A stretch of 56,897 nt of DNA from an uncultured Clostridia bacterium (GTDB lineage Bacteria > Bacillota > Clostridia > TANB77 > CAG-508), in the NCBI GenBank assembly GCA_944388795.1, contig CALXKD010000006.1, positions 1-56,897 of the forward strand, given 5' to 3'. Below, piece after piece: positions 1-10,800 of this stretch (positions are counted from its first letter, which is position 1; each line of letters starts with the position of its first letter). A program made the translations under genes and the position numbers. The notes beneath the pieces are model-generated. The model was not told where the DNA came from, ran no database searches, and saw only the letters and a list, made by a program, of their open reading frames with translations.

Positions 1-163
1 AAAGTATCTATAATATTTTTTTGGTTGAGACATTTTCTCAAATGATTTATTAAGACATTATCACAAATGAATCAGAAGGGCTTTTTTTGTGTTTATAAAA
101 ATCCTTGAAAAATATGTAAAAATAGTATATAATACCAACGATAAAGAAATAGGAGGAGATAAC

Positions 164-1747
164 ATGCTAAGTGCAAATGGAGTGACTGTAAGATTTGGAA
201 AAAGAGTCCTTTTTGAAGATGTTAATATAAACTTTGGAAAAGGAAATTGTTATGGAATTATTGGAGCAAATGGTGCTGGAAAATCAACTTTTCTAAAGGT
301 TTTATCAGGAGAAATAGAACCAAGTAAAGGTGATGTTAGTTTAGATAAGGGAGAAAGACTATCTGTTTTAAAACAAGATCACTTTGCTTTTGAAGAATAT
401 ACGGTTATGGATACTGTATTAATGGGAAATAAAGAATTATATGATATCATGAAGGAAAAAGAAGCTATTTATGCAAAACCAGATTTTTCAGAAGAAGATG
501 GTATGAAGGCAGCCAAATTAGAAGAAAGATTTGCTGAATTAGATGGATGGAATGCAGAATCAGATGCAGCCATTTTATTAAATGACTTAGGAATTATTCC
601 AGATAATCATTATAAATTAATGAAGGAAATTGAAGCAAAAGAAAAAGTAAAAGTGTTATTGGCACAAAGTTTATTTGGAAATCCGGATGTCTTACTATTA
701 GATGAGCCAACAAACGACTTAGATATGAAAAGTATTAACTGGCTACAAGATTTCTTAATGGATTTTGAAAATACAGTGATTGTTGTATCACATGATAGAT
801 ATTTCTTAAATAAAGTATGTACACATATTGCAGATGTTGATTTTGGAAAAATAAAAGTATATCCAGGAAATTATGATTTCTGGTATGAATCAAGTCAATT
901 GGCATTAAAACAAGCAAGAGAGCAAAACAAAAAGAAGGAAGAAAAAATAAAAGAATTACAAGACTTTATCGCCAGATTTAGTGCAAATGCCTCAAAATCA
1001 AAACAAGCAACTTCTAGAAAGAAAACATTAGAGAAGATTGAATTAGAAGAAATTAAACCATCTAATAGAAAATATCCATATGTAGATTTTAAACCAGATA
1101 GAGAACCAGGAAGAGAAATTTTACAAGTAAAAAATATATCTAAAACAATTGATGGTGTAAAATTGCTAGACAACGTTTCATTTGATGTAAAAGAAGGGAA
1201 TAAAATTGCTTTTTTAGCAGATAATGAATTAGCTAAAACAGTGTTATTCCAAATTATAGAAGGAGAAATGCAGCCAGACGAAGGAGAATTGGTATGGGGA
1301 ACAACCATTACAAAATCATATTTCCCTAAGGATAACAACTATTTATTTGAAACAGATGAAAATATAACAGAATGGCTTAGAAAATATTCTAAAGATCCAG
1401 ATGAAACTTATGTAAGAAGCTTTTTAGGAAGAATGTTATTCTCAGGAGATGAAGCATTAAAGCAAGTAAGGGTATTATCTGGTGGAGAAAAGGTAAGATG
1501 TGTATTATCAAAAATGATGTTATCGGGAGCGAACTTCTTAATATTTGATGAGCCAACAAACCATTTAGATATGGAAAGTATTACATCATTAAACGAGGGA
1601 ATGAAACGATTTACAGGAAATATTTTATTTACATCACATGACCATGAATTGACGCAAACCGTTGCCAATAGAATCATTGATATAAAAGAAAATGGAAAAA
1701 TTGTTGATAGAGAAGTAACCTATAATGAGTATTTAGGAGTAGAATAA
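164..1747 (+). CDS. ABC-F family ATPase (YbiT/YkpA-like, two ABC domains, no TM)
   Basis: Walker A GANGAGKST, LLLDEPTNDLD, second LSGGEK / FDEPTNHLD. Start moved to ATG 164 after the SD aggagg. Confidence 0.9.
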   Translation: MLSANGVTVRFGKRVLFEDVNINFGKGNCYGIIGANGAGKSTFLKVLSGEIEPSKGDVSLDKGERLSVLKQDHFAFEEYTVMDTVLMGNKELYDIMKEKEAIYAKPDFSEEDGMKAAKLEERFAELDGWNAESDAAILLNDLGIIPDNHYKLMKEIEAKEKVKVLLAQSLFGNPDVLLLDEPTNDLDMKSINWLQDFLMDFENTVIVVSHDRYFLNKVCTHIADVDFGKIKVYPGNYDFWYESSQLALKQAREQNKKKEEKIKELQDFIARFSANASKSKQATSRKKTLEKIELEEIKPSNRKYPYVDFKPDREPGREILQVKNISKTIDGVKLLDNVSFDVKEGNKIAFLADNELAKTVLFQIIEGEMQPDEGELVWGTTITKSYFPKDNNYLFETDENITEWLRKYSKDPDETYVRSFLGRMLFSGDEALKQVRVLSGGEKVRCVLSKMMLSGANFLIFDEPTNHLDMESITSLNEGMKRFTGNILFTSHDHELTQTVANRIIDIKENGKIVDREVTYNEYLGVE

Positions 1748-1809
1748 AAAGGAATTTGGAGGAAAATCCGCTTGTAAAATCTGTTGGATGTAGGAGGAAA
1801 ACTGATTTT

Positions 1810-2295
1810 ATGGAAAGAGTAGATAAGGTAAATTATTATTTAGATATTGCAGAAAGTGTACTAGAGAGGGGAACATGTCTTAGAAATAATTATGGAAGTA
1901 TTATTGTAAAAAATGATGAAATTATTTCTACGGGATATACAGGAGCACCAAGAGGAAGAAAAAATTGTATTGATTTAGGATATTGTACAAGACAAAAATA
2001 TGAAATGCCAAGCGGAAAAGGATATGAAAGGTGTAGGTCTGTACATAGTGAACAAAATGCTATCATTAGTGCTGCGAGAAAAGATATGATAGGTGCTACA
2101 CTGTATTTAGTAGGAATTAATAAACGAAATGGAGAATATGTAAAGGATAATGAGCCATGTTCTTTTTGTAAAAGAATGATTATCAATGCTGGAATTGAAA
2201 AGGTGGTTATGAGAGATACTAAAAAAGAATACAGAGTGCAAGAAGTAGATAATTGGATAAGACAAGATGATACAATTTTTAAAGAGAAAGAATAG
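1810..2295 (+). CDS. dCMP/cytidine deaminase family protein (ComEB-like)
   Basis: Zn motifs HSEQNA and PCSFC; ISTGYTGAP. ATG 1810 follows aggagg. Confidence 0.85.
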   Translation: MERVDKVNYYLDIAESVLERGTCLRNNYGSIIVKNDEIISTGYTGAPRGRKNCIDLGYCTRQKYEMPSGKGYERCRSVHSEQNAIISAARKDMIGATLYLVGINKRNGEYVKDNEPCSFCKRMIINAGIEKVVMRDTKKEYRVQEVDNWIRQDDTIFKEKE

Positions 2296-2310
2296 AGAAA
2301 GGAAACAAGA

Positions 2311-4494
2311 ATGGATAAAATTATTAATACAATTGCAGAAGAATTAAATATTAGACCAAAACAAGTAGAAGCTACGATAAAATTAATTGATGAGGGAAAT
2401 ACCATTCCCTTTATTGCACGTTATAGAAAAGAAGTAACAGGAGGATTAAGTGACGAAATCCTTAGGGATTTAGGAGAAAGATTAAATTACTTAAGAAATT
2501 TAGAACAAAGAAAAGAAGAAGTCGTAAAATCAATTGATGAACAAGGAAAATTAACAGATGAAATCTTACAAGCAATTGCTATTTGTAAGACATTAGCAGA
2601 GGTAGAAGATATTTATAGACCATATAAACAAAAGAAAAAAACAAGAGCAACAGTTGCAAAGGCAAAAGGTCTAGAGCCATTGGCAAATATCATTATAGAG
2701 CAAAAAGAAACAACACCAATTTTAGAAATTGCAAAAGAATATGTGAATATCGAAACTTTATCAGAAGAGGATAAAAAGAATAAGGATAAAGTGGTTGCAA
2801 CTCCAGAAGATGCTGTACAAGGAGCTTTAGATATTATTGCAGAAGATATTTCAGATAATAGTAAATATAGAAAACAAATCAAAAGAATATGTTATAGAGA
2901 AGCAACCATTCAAACAAAGGCAGCAAAGCCAGAAGAAAAATCAAATTATGAAATGTATTATGAATATCAAGAAGCAATAAAATATATACCAAGTCATAGA
3001 ATCTTGGCAATCAATCGTGGAGAAAAAGAAGATTTTCTAAAAGTAAAGATTGAAAAACCAGAAGATAAGATATTAGCATATATAGAAAAAGATATGATAA
3101 AGGGTGAAACACAATTTACCCAAATGCTAAAAGATACGATTTTAGATAGTTTTAGAAGATTAATTGAACCATCAATTGATAGAGAAATTCGATCAGATTT
3201 AACAGAAAAGGCAGAAGATAAAGCGATTAAAGTATTTGGTAAAAACTCAAAACAACTGCTTTTAGGAGCACCAATCAAAGGAAAAACAGTTATGGGATTT
3301 GACCCAGCTTATAGAACAGGATGTAAAATTGCCGTTATTGATGAAACAGGAAAATTATTAGATTATACAACGGTTTATCCAACAGAGCCTCAAAATGATG
3401 TAGAAGGGGCTAAAAAAGAATTATTAAAATTAATTGACAAAGATAAAGTAGATATGATAGCCATTGGAAATGGAACAGCATCAAGAGAATCAGAAATGTT
3501 TGTAGCAGATATGATAAAAGAAGCTTCAAGGGATGTTCATTATGTCATTGTTAGTGAAGCAGGAGCATCTGTATATTCTGCATCAAAATTAGCTACAGAA
3601 GAATATCCAGATATCAATGTATCTATTAGAGGTGCCATTTCTATTGCCAGACGTTTGCAAGATCCATTAGCAGAATTGGTTAAAATAGATCCAAAGGCTA
3701 TTGGTGTTGGACAATATCAACATGATGTTAATCAAAAGAAATTACAAGAAAGCTTAACAGGTGTGGTAGAAGATAGTGTTAATAAAGTAGGTGTTGATGT
3801 AAACACAGCGACACCATCATTACTTTCATATGTTTCAGGAATTAATAACACCATTGCGAAAAATATTGTAAAATATAGAGATGAAAATGGAAAATTAAAA
3901 AATAGAAAAGAATTATTAAAGGTTCCTAAGCTTGGAAAAGTAGCATTTGAACAATGTGCAGGATTCTTAAGAATCTTAGATGGAGATAATCCATTAGAAG
4001 TTACAGCTGTTCACCCAGAAAGTTATGCAGCAACAGAAAAATTATTAAATCAATTAGGATTTGATAAACAAGATTTAAAGGATAAAGAAAAGCTAGAAGA
4101 ATTAAGAACAAAATTAAAAACAGTTAATGTAGCAGAAATGGCAAAAGAACTAAATATAGGGGAGATGACATTAACAGATATTATTGAAGAATTATCAAAG
4201 CCAGGAAGAGATCCGCGTGAAGATATGCCAAAACCAATTTTAAGAAGTGATGTATTAAAATTAGATGACTTGAGAGAAGGGATGGTGTTAACAGGAACTG
4301 TTAGAAATGTCATTGACTTTGGAGCATTCGTGGATATTGGTGTAAAACATGATGGGCTTGTACATATTTCAGAAATGAGTGATAAATTTATAAAAAATCC
4401 ATCTGATGTGGTTTCTGTAGGAGATATTGTAAAAGTAAAAGTCATTAAAATTGATAAAGAAAGACAAAAAGTAGGACTTTCTATGAAGGTTTAA
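2311..4494 (+). CDS. tex: Tex family RNA-binding transcription accessory protein
   Basis: TIPFIARYRKE, DPAYRTGCK, IGVGQYQHDV and a C-terminal S1 domain (FGAFVDIG). Confidence 0.95.
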   Translation: MDKIINTIAEELNIRPKQVEATIKLIDEGNTIPFIARYRKEVTGGLSDEILRDLGERLNYLRNLEQRKEEVVKSIDEQGKLTDEILQAIAICKTLAEVEDIYRPYKQKKKTRATVAKAKGLEPLANIIIEQKETTPILEIAKEYVNIETLSEEDKKNKDKVVATPEDAVQGALDIIAEDISDNSKYRKQIKRICYREATIQTKAAKPEEKSNYEMYYEYQEAIKYIPSHRILAINRGEKEDFLKVKIEKPEDKILAYIEKDMIKGETQFTQMLKDTILDSFRRLIEPSIDREIRSDLTEKAEDKAIKVFGKNSKQLLLGAPIKGKTVMGFDPAYRTGCKIAVIDETGKLLDYTTVYPTEPQNDVEGAKKELLKLIDKDKVDMIAIGNGTASRESEMFVADMIKEASRDVHYVIVSEAGASVYSASKLATEEYPDINVSIRGAISIARRLQDPLAELVKIDPKAIGVGQYQHDVNQKKLQESLTGVVEDSVNKVGVDVNTATPSLLSYVSGINNTIAKNIVKYRDENGKLKNRKELLKVPKLGKVAFEQCAGFLRILDGDNPLEVTAVHPESYAATEKLLNQLGFDKQDLKDKEKLEELRTKLKTVNVAEMAKELNIGEMTLTDIIEELSKPGRDPREDMPKPILRSDVLKLDDLREGMVLTGTVRNVIDFGAFVDIGVKHDGLVHISEMSDKFIKNPSDVVSVGDIVKVKVIKIDKERQKVGLSMKV

Positions 4495-4503
4495 GAAAAT
4501 GTT

Positions 4504-4531
4504 AAAAGTTGCCAATTGCTTGGCAACTTTT
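4504..4531. terminator. Bidirectional rho-independent terminator
   Basis: aaaagttgccaa-ttgc-ttggcaactttt between convergent genes. Confidence 0.85.
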
Positions 4532-4532
4532 T

Positions 4533-5597
4533 CTATCCTTTATATTTTTCTTGGATTTCTTGAATTTCATCAAAATGATTTTTTAATATATCTAAAAATA
4601 AATCATCTAATTCAGGATCAAATTGTGTTCCTTTACATCTTTCAAATTCTGAAATAATTTTATCTAAGCTTAAAGAATCACGGTAAGCTCTTCTAGAAGC
4701 CATAGCATCAAAACTGTCAGCGATTGCGGTTATTCTAGCTAAATAAGGAATGTTATTTCCAGCAAGTTTTCCAGGATATCCAGTTCCATCATATTTTTCA
4801 TGATGATGTTCTACAATTGGTAAAATATCGTTAAATATAGCAGCATTTGATAATATATGGACACCAATATTAGGATGTTGTTTTATTTGAGAATATTCTT
4901 CATCTGTAAGCTTAGAATCTTTCAATAATACACTATCTGGAACTCCTATTTTACCAATATCGTGGAATAATCCACCAATTTCCAAAGTGTGTAGTTCTTC
5001 ATTTGATAAACCTAATTTTTTTCCTATTAAAACAGAATAAGCAGCAACTCTATCAGAATGACCTCTTGTATACATATCTTTTGCTTCAATTGTGTATCGT
5101 AATGTTTTAATAGAATCTAAATAAGCTTGTTCTAATTTTTCATAAGTATCAGATAATTTGTTATTTATTTCTTTGATTTCATTCATTTGTTTGATAGATT
5201 TTATTCCTGATTCAATTAATAAAAGTAATTGATCAAATTTATCTCCTTTTTCACAATAACCTTGGATATCTAATCTTCGAATGGTTTCTAGTGGAGGAGC
5301 TAAATCTTTATGACCTGTAAGTAATAAAATGTATAAATCTTTATTAAATTTTCTAATTTCTTCAACTACTTGATCTCCATGAAAAGGTGTCATGATAAAG
5401 TCTAATACCATTAAATCAAAATGTTCTTCTTTAACTAATCTGATAGCTTCTTGAGGATCAGTAACACCTGTAAAGTCATATCCAGAACGTTTTAAAAATA
5501 TGGATAAAGAATCAACAATACCTTCTTCGTCATCTACAGCAATAATTCTATAAGTATTATTTTCTATATTTTCTGCACCTTGTAAATGCTTTCTCAT
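4533..5597 (-). CDS. Response regulator with REC + HD-GYP phosphodiesterase domain (RpfG-like)
   Basis: REC: VDDEE, VLDFIM, LLTG, CEK. HD-GYP: YTRGHSDRV, HDIGKIG, HHEKYDGTGYP, ADSFDAM, GTQFDP. Confidence 0.92.
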   Translation of the reverse strand: MRKHLQGAENIENNTYRIIAVDDEEGIVDSLSIFLKRSGYDFTGVTDPQEAIRLVKEEHFDLMVLDFIMTPFHGDQVVEEIRKFNKDLYILLLTGHKDLAPPLETIRRLDIQGYCEKGDKFDQLLLLIESGIKSIKQMNEIKEINNKLSDTYEKLEQAYLDSIKTLRYTIEAKDMYTRGHSDRVAAYSVLIGKKLGLSNEELHTLEIGGLFHDIGKIGVPDSVLLKDSKLTDEEYSQIKQHPNIGVHILSNAAIFNDILPIVEHHHEKYDGTGYPGKLAGNNIPYLARITAIADSFDAMASRRAYRDSLSLDKIISEFERCKGTQFDPELDDLFLDILKNHFDEIQEIQEKYKG

Positions 5598-5800
5598 AAT
5601 TTCCTCCTATATTAACCTAATTTTCAACTATTATATAATAAAAAAAATAAAAATCAAGTTTTTTTACACGATTTTTAGTGTAATTGCTTGATTTTTATTT
5701 TTAACGTAACATAAAAAAGTATAGGAAATTTTAAATAAATCTAACTAAGAATACACCAGGATAAAGTATGCATCCTTTACTTAAAATTATGTAAAGTCCT

Positions 5801-7795
5801 TTATAATGGTAGAATAATTGTAAATGTTGTGCCTTTTCCTTCTTCTGATTCAAATGTAATATCACCATTAAAATGAGCTTTTATGGTAGAGTAAGACATA
5901 TACAAACCTAAACCAGTACCATTTTTTCCTTTTGTTGTAATCATTTCTTTAAATAATTTATCTTTTACCTTTTTCGACATTCCACTAGCATAATCTTTAA
6001 CATGAATAAGAACATTATGATCTTTGGTTTCTAAAATTAATTCAATATTTTTGTTTTTCTCCCCGTTATATGCTTGAATAGAATTAGAAATCATATTATT
6101 AATAACTTGTACTAAGCTATTAATATCACCATTTATACTAGTATGTTCATCTGTTCTCATAGAAATATTTAGATAAATAAGTGCATTTTTTAACTCATGC
6201 TTCATTAAAATATTAACTCTTTTTACTAATTCATCAAGTGTAAAGTGGACAGAATCTGCTTCAGATAAAGTTACAGCTTGTCCCTTAACAGCAGTTATAA
6301 TATCTGACATATATTCAGTATAATCTTTAATTTTTGAAATCCATTCTGACATATCTTTTGCAATATCATGGTGGTCTTGAGAGGTAACATCAGGATCATC
6401 AATAGATTCATTATATTCCTTAATTAGGCCATTTAAACCTTCTAATGCTCCAGATATTGACATGATAGGCGTTTTTAAGTTATGAGCAATTCCTCCAATT
6501 AATTGACCAAGTGAGGCTAAACGTTCACTTTCCATCAGGGTTTCTTGACTATTATGTAATTGGTCTACGTAAGTTTTCGTTAATTTCTGAATTTCATTAA
6601 AGGAAGCAGTCAAATCTCCAATTTCGTCATTTGATGTTATAGGAAGATTATTAGCATAAATAACATTTTGTGAATTAGAAATATTTCTCATTCCTTCAAT
6701 AACACTGTCAATATCATTGCTTAAGTCTTTACCAATATAAAGGATAAATAAGCAGTTAATAATAATTAAAAGACCAGCAATTAATATAAATGGAAGGATA
6801 AAAGAATTAGCAAATACAAAGTATCGAATTCCAACATAACATTCTCCCATATTTGTATTTATTTTTATTAATGCACCTTCTATATTTTGACCATAATATT
6901 CATAAGTATAACCTTCTGTTTCATCATAAAAATTTAGTGTATAGTTTATAAAGAAATCATTTAGCTTTTTTGGAGAATAATAAATTTCACCAGTAGAAGC
7001 AGACATGATTAATGCATGATCTCCTTCAGATTTAAATTCTATAGAGTTTAAAATGTTTTCTACATCTGAAATATCATATACTGTAGTTTCATTAAAATGA
7101 GATAATAATTCTTGTCTATAGAAATGATATAGTAATTCTCCTTTTTCTTTTGTCATTAAAGACATAGAAATTAGTAAGATTAAGACAAAAGAATATAAGA
7201 ATAAAGGTAATATTTGTATTAATAATTTATTGTATAAAGGTAAACGAATACCTGTAACTTCATTTTTTGCCAATTCCGCTGTAGCAATTAATCTATTTGA
7301 AAAGAATTTCTTGCTAAGCATATAAGAAAAAATAGCAAAAACAGCAGAGAAAGAAAATACAACAGTGGTGATTCTTAAAACTAATTCTGCTTCTGTATTA
7401 AATGCAAATAATAAAATGGCAATGATAATAGAAGGTACAAATAATTCTAATAAAAGCATTAGATAAGGATAATTGAAGGATTTTTTTCTTAATTTTTTAA
7501 TATATTCTTTAGGCGGATTTTTTAGTTTATCATCAGATAAAGATAATTTACTATATATGACTCTCAAAGCAATATATAATAAAATCAATAAAATAGAGAT
7601 AATGATGATAAACTGAGTGGTATATTTTATACCAACAATTTCTATCTGAAAATTATTATCAATAGAATTTGGTGGATAATTTAAAACAAAAGGCAGTACA
7701 AAATATAAAACTGCTGCAATCATAGCAAATATTAAAGTGTTAACAAATGCTAATTTTTTTTCATTATCAATATTAAAAATTTTAATAGATTTCAT
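5801..7795 (-). CDS. Membrane sensor histidine kinase (multi-TM, HAMP, HisKA, HATPase)
   Basis: About 6 hydrophobic segments, HAMP SNDEIGDLTASFN, H-box GIAHNLKTP, N-box NMISNSIQA, G2 GTGLGL. Confidence 0.9.
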   Translation of the reverse strand: MKSIKIFNIDNEKKLAFVNTLIFAMIAAVLYFVLPFVLNYPPNSIDNNFQIEIVGIKYTTQFIIIISILLILLYIALRVIYSKLSLSDDKLKNPPKEYIKKLRKKSFNYPYLMLLLELFVPSIIIAILLFAFNTEAELVLRITTVVFSFSAVFAIFSYMLSKKFFSNRLIATAELAKNEVTGIRLPLYNKLLIQILPLFLYSFVLILLISMSLMTKEKGELLYHFYRQELLSHFNETTVYDISDVENILNSIEFKSEGDHALIMSASTGEIYYSPKKLNDFFINYTLNFYDETEGYTYEYYGQNIEGALIKINTNMGECYVGIRYFVFANSFILPFILIAGLLIIINCLFILYIGKDLSNDIDSVIEGMRNISNSQNVIYANNLPITSNDEIGDLTASFNEIQKLTKTYVDQLHNSQETLMESERLASLGQLIGGIAHNLKTPIMSISGALEGLNGLIKEYNESIDDPDVTSQDHHDIAKDMSEWISKIKDYTEYMSDIITAVKGQAVTLSEADSVHFTLDELVKRVNILMKHELKNALIYLNISMRTDEHTSINGDINSLVQVINNMISNSIQAYNGEKNKNIELILETKDHNVLIHVKDYASGMSKKVKDKLFKEMITTKGKNGTGLGLYMSYSTIKAHFNGDITFESEEGKGTTFTIILPL

Positions 7796-7808
7796 CTTAG
7801 GTTTCCTC

Positions 7809-10800
7809 CTAACTATGTTTTTCTTTTAGGTAAGCTATAATTTTATGAATATATTCTGTTGTTATATTTGGCCAATCCAGGTTTAAGGTATTTAAGACAG
7901 CTAAGGTTTTTTCATTATGAAAGGTAATAACATTTTTGCTGTTTATATTTCGTATATAGGCAGTAATACCAAAATAATTAGATTTTGCATTAGACAAAGC
8001 ATGTTTAAACTCATTTATTGATGCTGCTTTTATAGAAACACCACAATCTGTCAGCATAGTTAATAATTGATCACCTGAAACATAATGATTATTGTATAAA
8101 TGATATATTTCTAAATTATGTTGTTGCTGTTGCATTAATTGAACAATAAAGTTTGCACAAATATCTACAGGTGAAAATTCAAAATTAAACTGAAAAAGTT
8201 CCTTTGGAAAAATCCCTAAATTAATAAAGGCATCTAATCTATTCAAAAAGGCATTATCAGCAAAATTTTCTTGAAAACCACCATCATCATAGCGATTAGT
8301 AATTGTACCCAATCTATAAATACTAGCTATAATATCTTCGTTTTTACAGGCCTCAATAATTGCTTTTTCTGCTTCAAATTTACTTCTTACATATACATTT
8401 TCACGGAAAGATTGCCCTATATATAAATCATCTTCTGTAAAATTAGCAGAAGGTGTTTTGACAAGTCCATGTCCAGATACAGACATTGTGGAAATGTAAT
8501 GTAAAGGAATATGAAATTCCTTACAAAAAGCAATGATTTTTTGTGTAGAGGTTACATTTGTTTTATTAAATAGTTCATAATTTCCATAATGTTTTACTAA
8601 AGCAGCTGTATCAATCACGCAATTACACTTATTTCCCAAGTGATTGTATAATTCGGTATCTAATCCAAATTGGTCATCTAATATATTACCTTCTATAACT
8701 TTAATTCTATATAAATATGGCTCTATATCCAATTTAGGAAAATAGAATTTAAACTTTTTAATTAACCTTGATAAAGGATTTATAGAATCTTTTTTTCTTA
8801 TAATACAAAATACTTTACTATGTGTTGTGGTTAATAAATAGTATAAGATATGCATTCCTAAGAAACCAGTGGCTCCAAAAAGAACAATGCTCTTGATATG
8901 AAAAGAAATATCAATTGTTTTTTTGATTTCCTTTATAATAGGCATTTTTTCAAGAAAAGCAGAGGTTTCATTTGGTTGATCCACTAAAAGAAAATCAGCA
9001 AGCTTTCGGATGGTTGGATATTCATAAAAGTTTTGTGTATTTGTTGAAATTCCTTTATTATATAATAAAGATTGTACCTTTATTAGGAAAAGAGAATCCA
9101 CATAATAATCAAAGAAATTATCTTCTACACTAATAGGAGATTTTAGCTCTAATAAGTTAGTAAATAATTCTTGTAATGTTTCCTCTAAAGTATTTTGTGG
9201 TTTAACATATTTTGTACGACTCCTTTTTGGTAAAGGAAGTGCTGATTTATCTATTTTTCCATTAATTGTCAAAGGTAGCTTGTCTAATCTAATAAAATAG
9301 TTGGGTATCATGTAACTAGGTAGATCCTTTTTCAAAAAGTCAGATAAATTTTCGATTTCCTCATCTGCTACATAATAAGCACAAAGTAATTTATGTTTAT
9401 TAATTTCAATTAAGGAAGCATATACATCTTTAATAGATGGATGTGTTAATAAAATAGATTGAATTTCTCCTAATTCAATTCTATAGCCATTTAATTTAAC
9501 TTGAAAGTCGCTACGCCCTAAATATTCCATGACGCCATTAGGATGTAATATAGCAAGATCACCAGTTTTATATAGTTTAGATTCTGGATAAAAAGGATTA
9601 TCCAAAAATCTTTCTGTAGTTTTTTTATTATCTGTATAGCCTAAAGCTAAACCATCACCACTAATATACATTTCTCCAATACTACCTAAAGGAACCAATT
9701 CTAAGTCATTATTTAAAATTAGAATTTGTGTATGGTCAATAGGATAACCAATTGGAACAGAGGTATATGTATCATTTGCATTATATTCATAAATCATACA
9801 ACCAACAGTTGCTTCAGTTGGTCCATATTCATTATAAATATGGATAGGATGAGAAAATAGAGAAGTGATTTTTTCACACATTTCTTTTGTTAAAATATCT
9901 CCACCCAAAATAAATTTACATACAATGCTATTACTTAAATCAAGATCTTGTAATAAAGTAAAATGTCCAGGTGTTAGTTTTATAATTTGAACTTTATTAT
10001 CTGTAATAATATCTTTTAAAAGTAATTCCGCATTATCATTTTGATATATATATATTGTATTTCCTGAGCATAAAGGTGTATAAATAGAAGTTACAGTTAA
10101 GTCAAATGCAACAGAAGAAAATAATGGGAAATTTGTTTCTTCTCCATGCACATATTGTTTAATTGCCCAACGAATATAATTGCTTAAACTTTTATGACAA
10201 ATTTTAACACCTTTTGGTTTTCCTGTTGATCCAGAGGTATATATAATATATGCTAAATCTTCTTCTTTTAAATCATAATCAAAATTCTCTATAGAATCAT
10301 TTAAAGAAGGATAAGTATTTAAATCAATCCTTAAAACCATATTTTTATCTAAATGAATAGAAGATAATGCCTTTGGATGTGTTAATACACATTTTGCCTT
10401 ACTATTATTGACAATATATTCAATTCTCTCATCAGGGTAATTTATATCAATTGGGATATAGCAAACTCCCAATTTTTGTGTAGCCAAAATACTAGCAACA
10501 AATTCAATAGAATCTGAAAATGCTAAACAAACAATATCACCAGCTTGTATAGAATGCTTTTTTAAGGTTAAGGCAATTAAATTAGCTAAATTATTTAAAG
10601 ATTTATATGTAAGAGCTGTATTCTTATACGAAATGGCTAACTTATTTGGTGTATTCTTTACTTGTTTTTTAAACAAATCATAAACAGAAACAAATGAATT
10701 TGTAGAAGCAGTTTTTTTGTTATATGTTTCTAAAATATAAGATTTTTCTTTAGAAGAAACAATTTCGAGCTCCTTAATTTTTAATGTCGGATTAGATATG

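Noticed and set aside
164-1747. ABC-F as an antibiotic-resistance (ARE) gene
   Set aside because: It looks like the housekeeping YbiT/YkpA type, with no leader peptide or mobile context.
735-4445. Many 60-185 aa ORFs antisense to or nested in long genes, here and across the window
   Set aside because: Shadow ORFs of AT-rich coding strands, with no RBS or recognisable motif.
5598-5800. c-di-GMP riboswitch near the HD-GYP gene
   Set aside because: No GEMM-like GCAAA / GNRA-receptor pattern was visible; an Infernal search would settle it.
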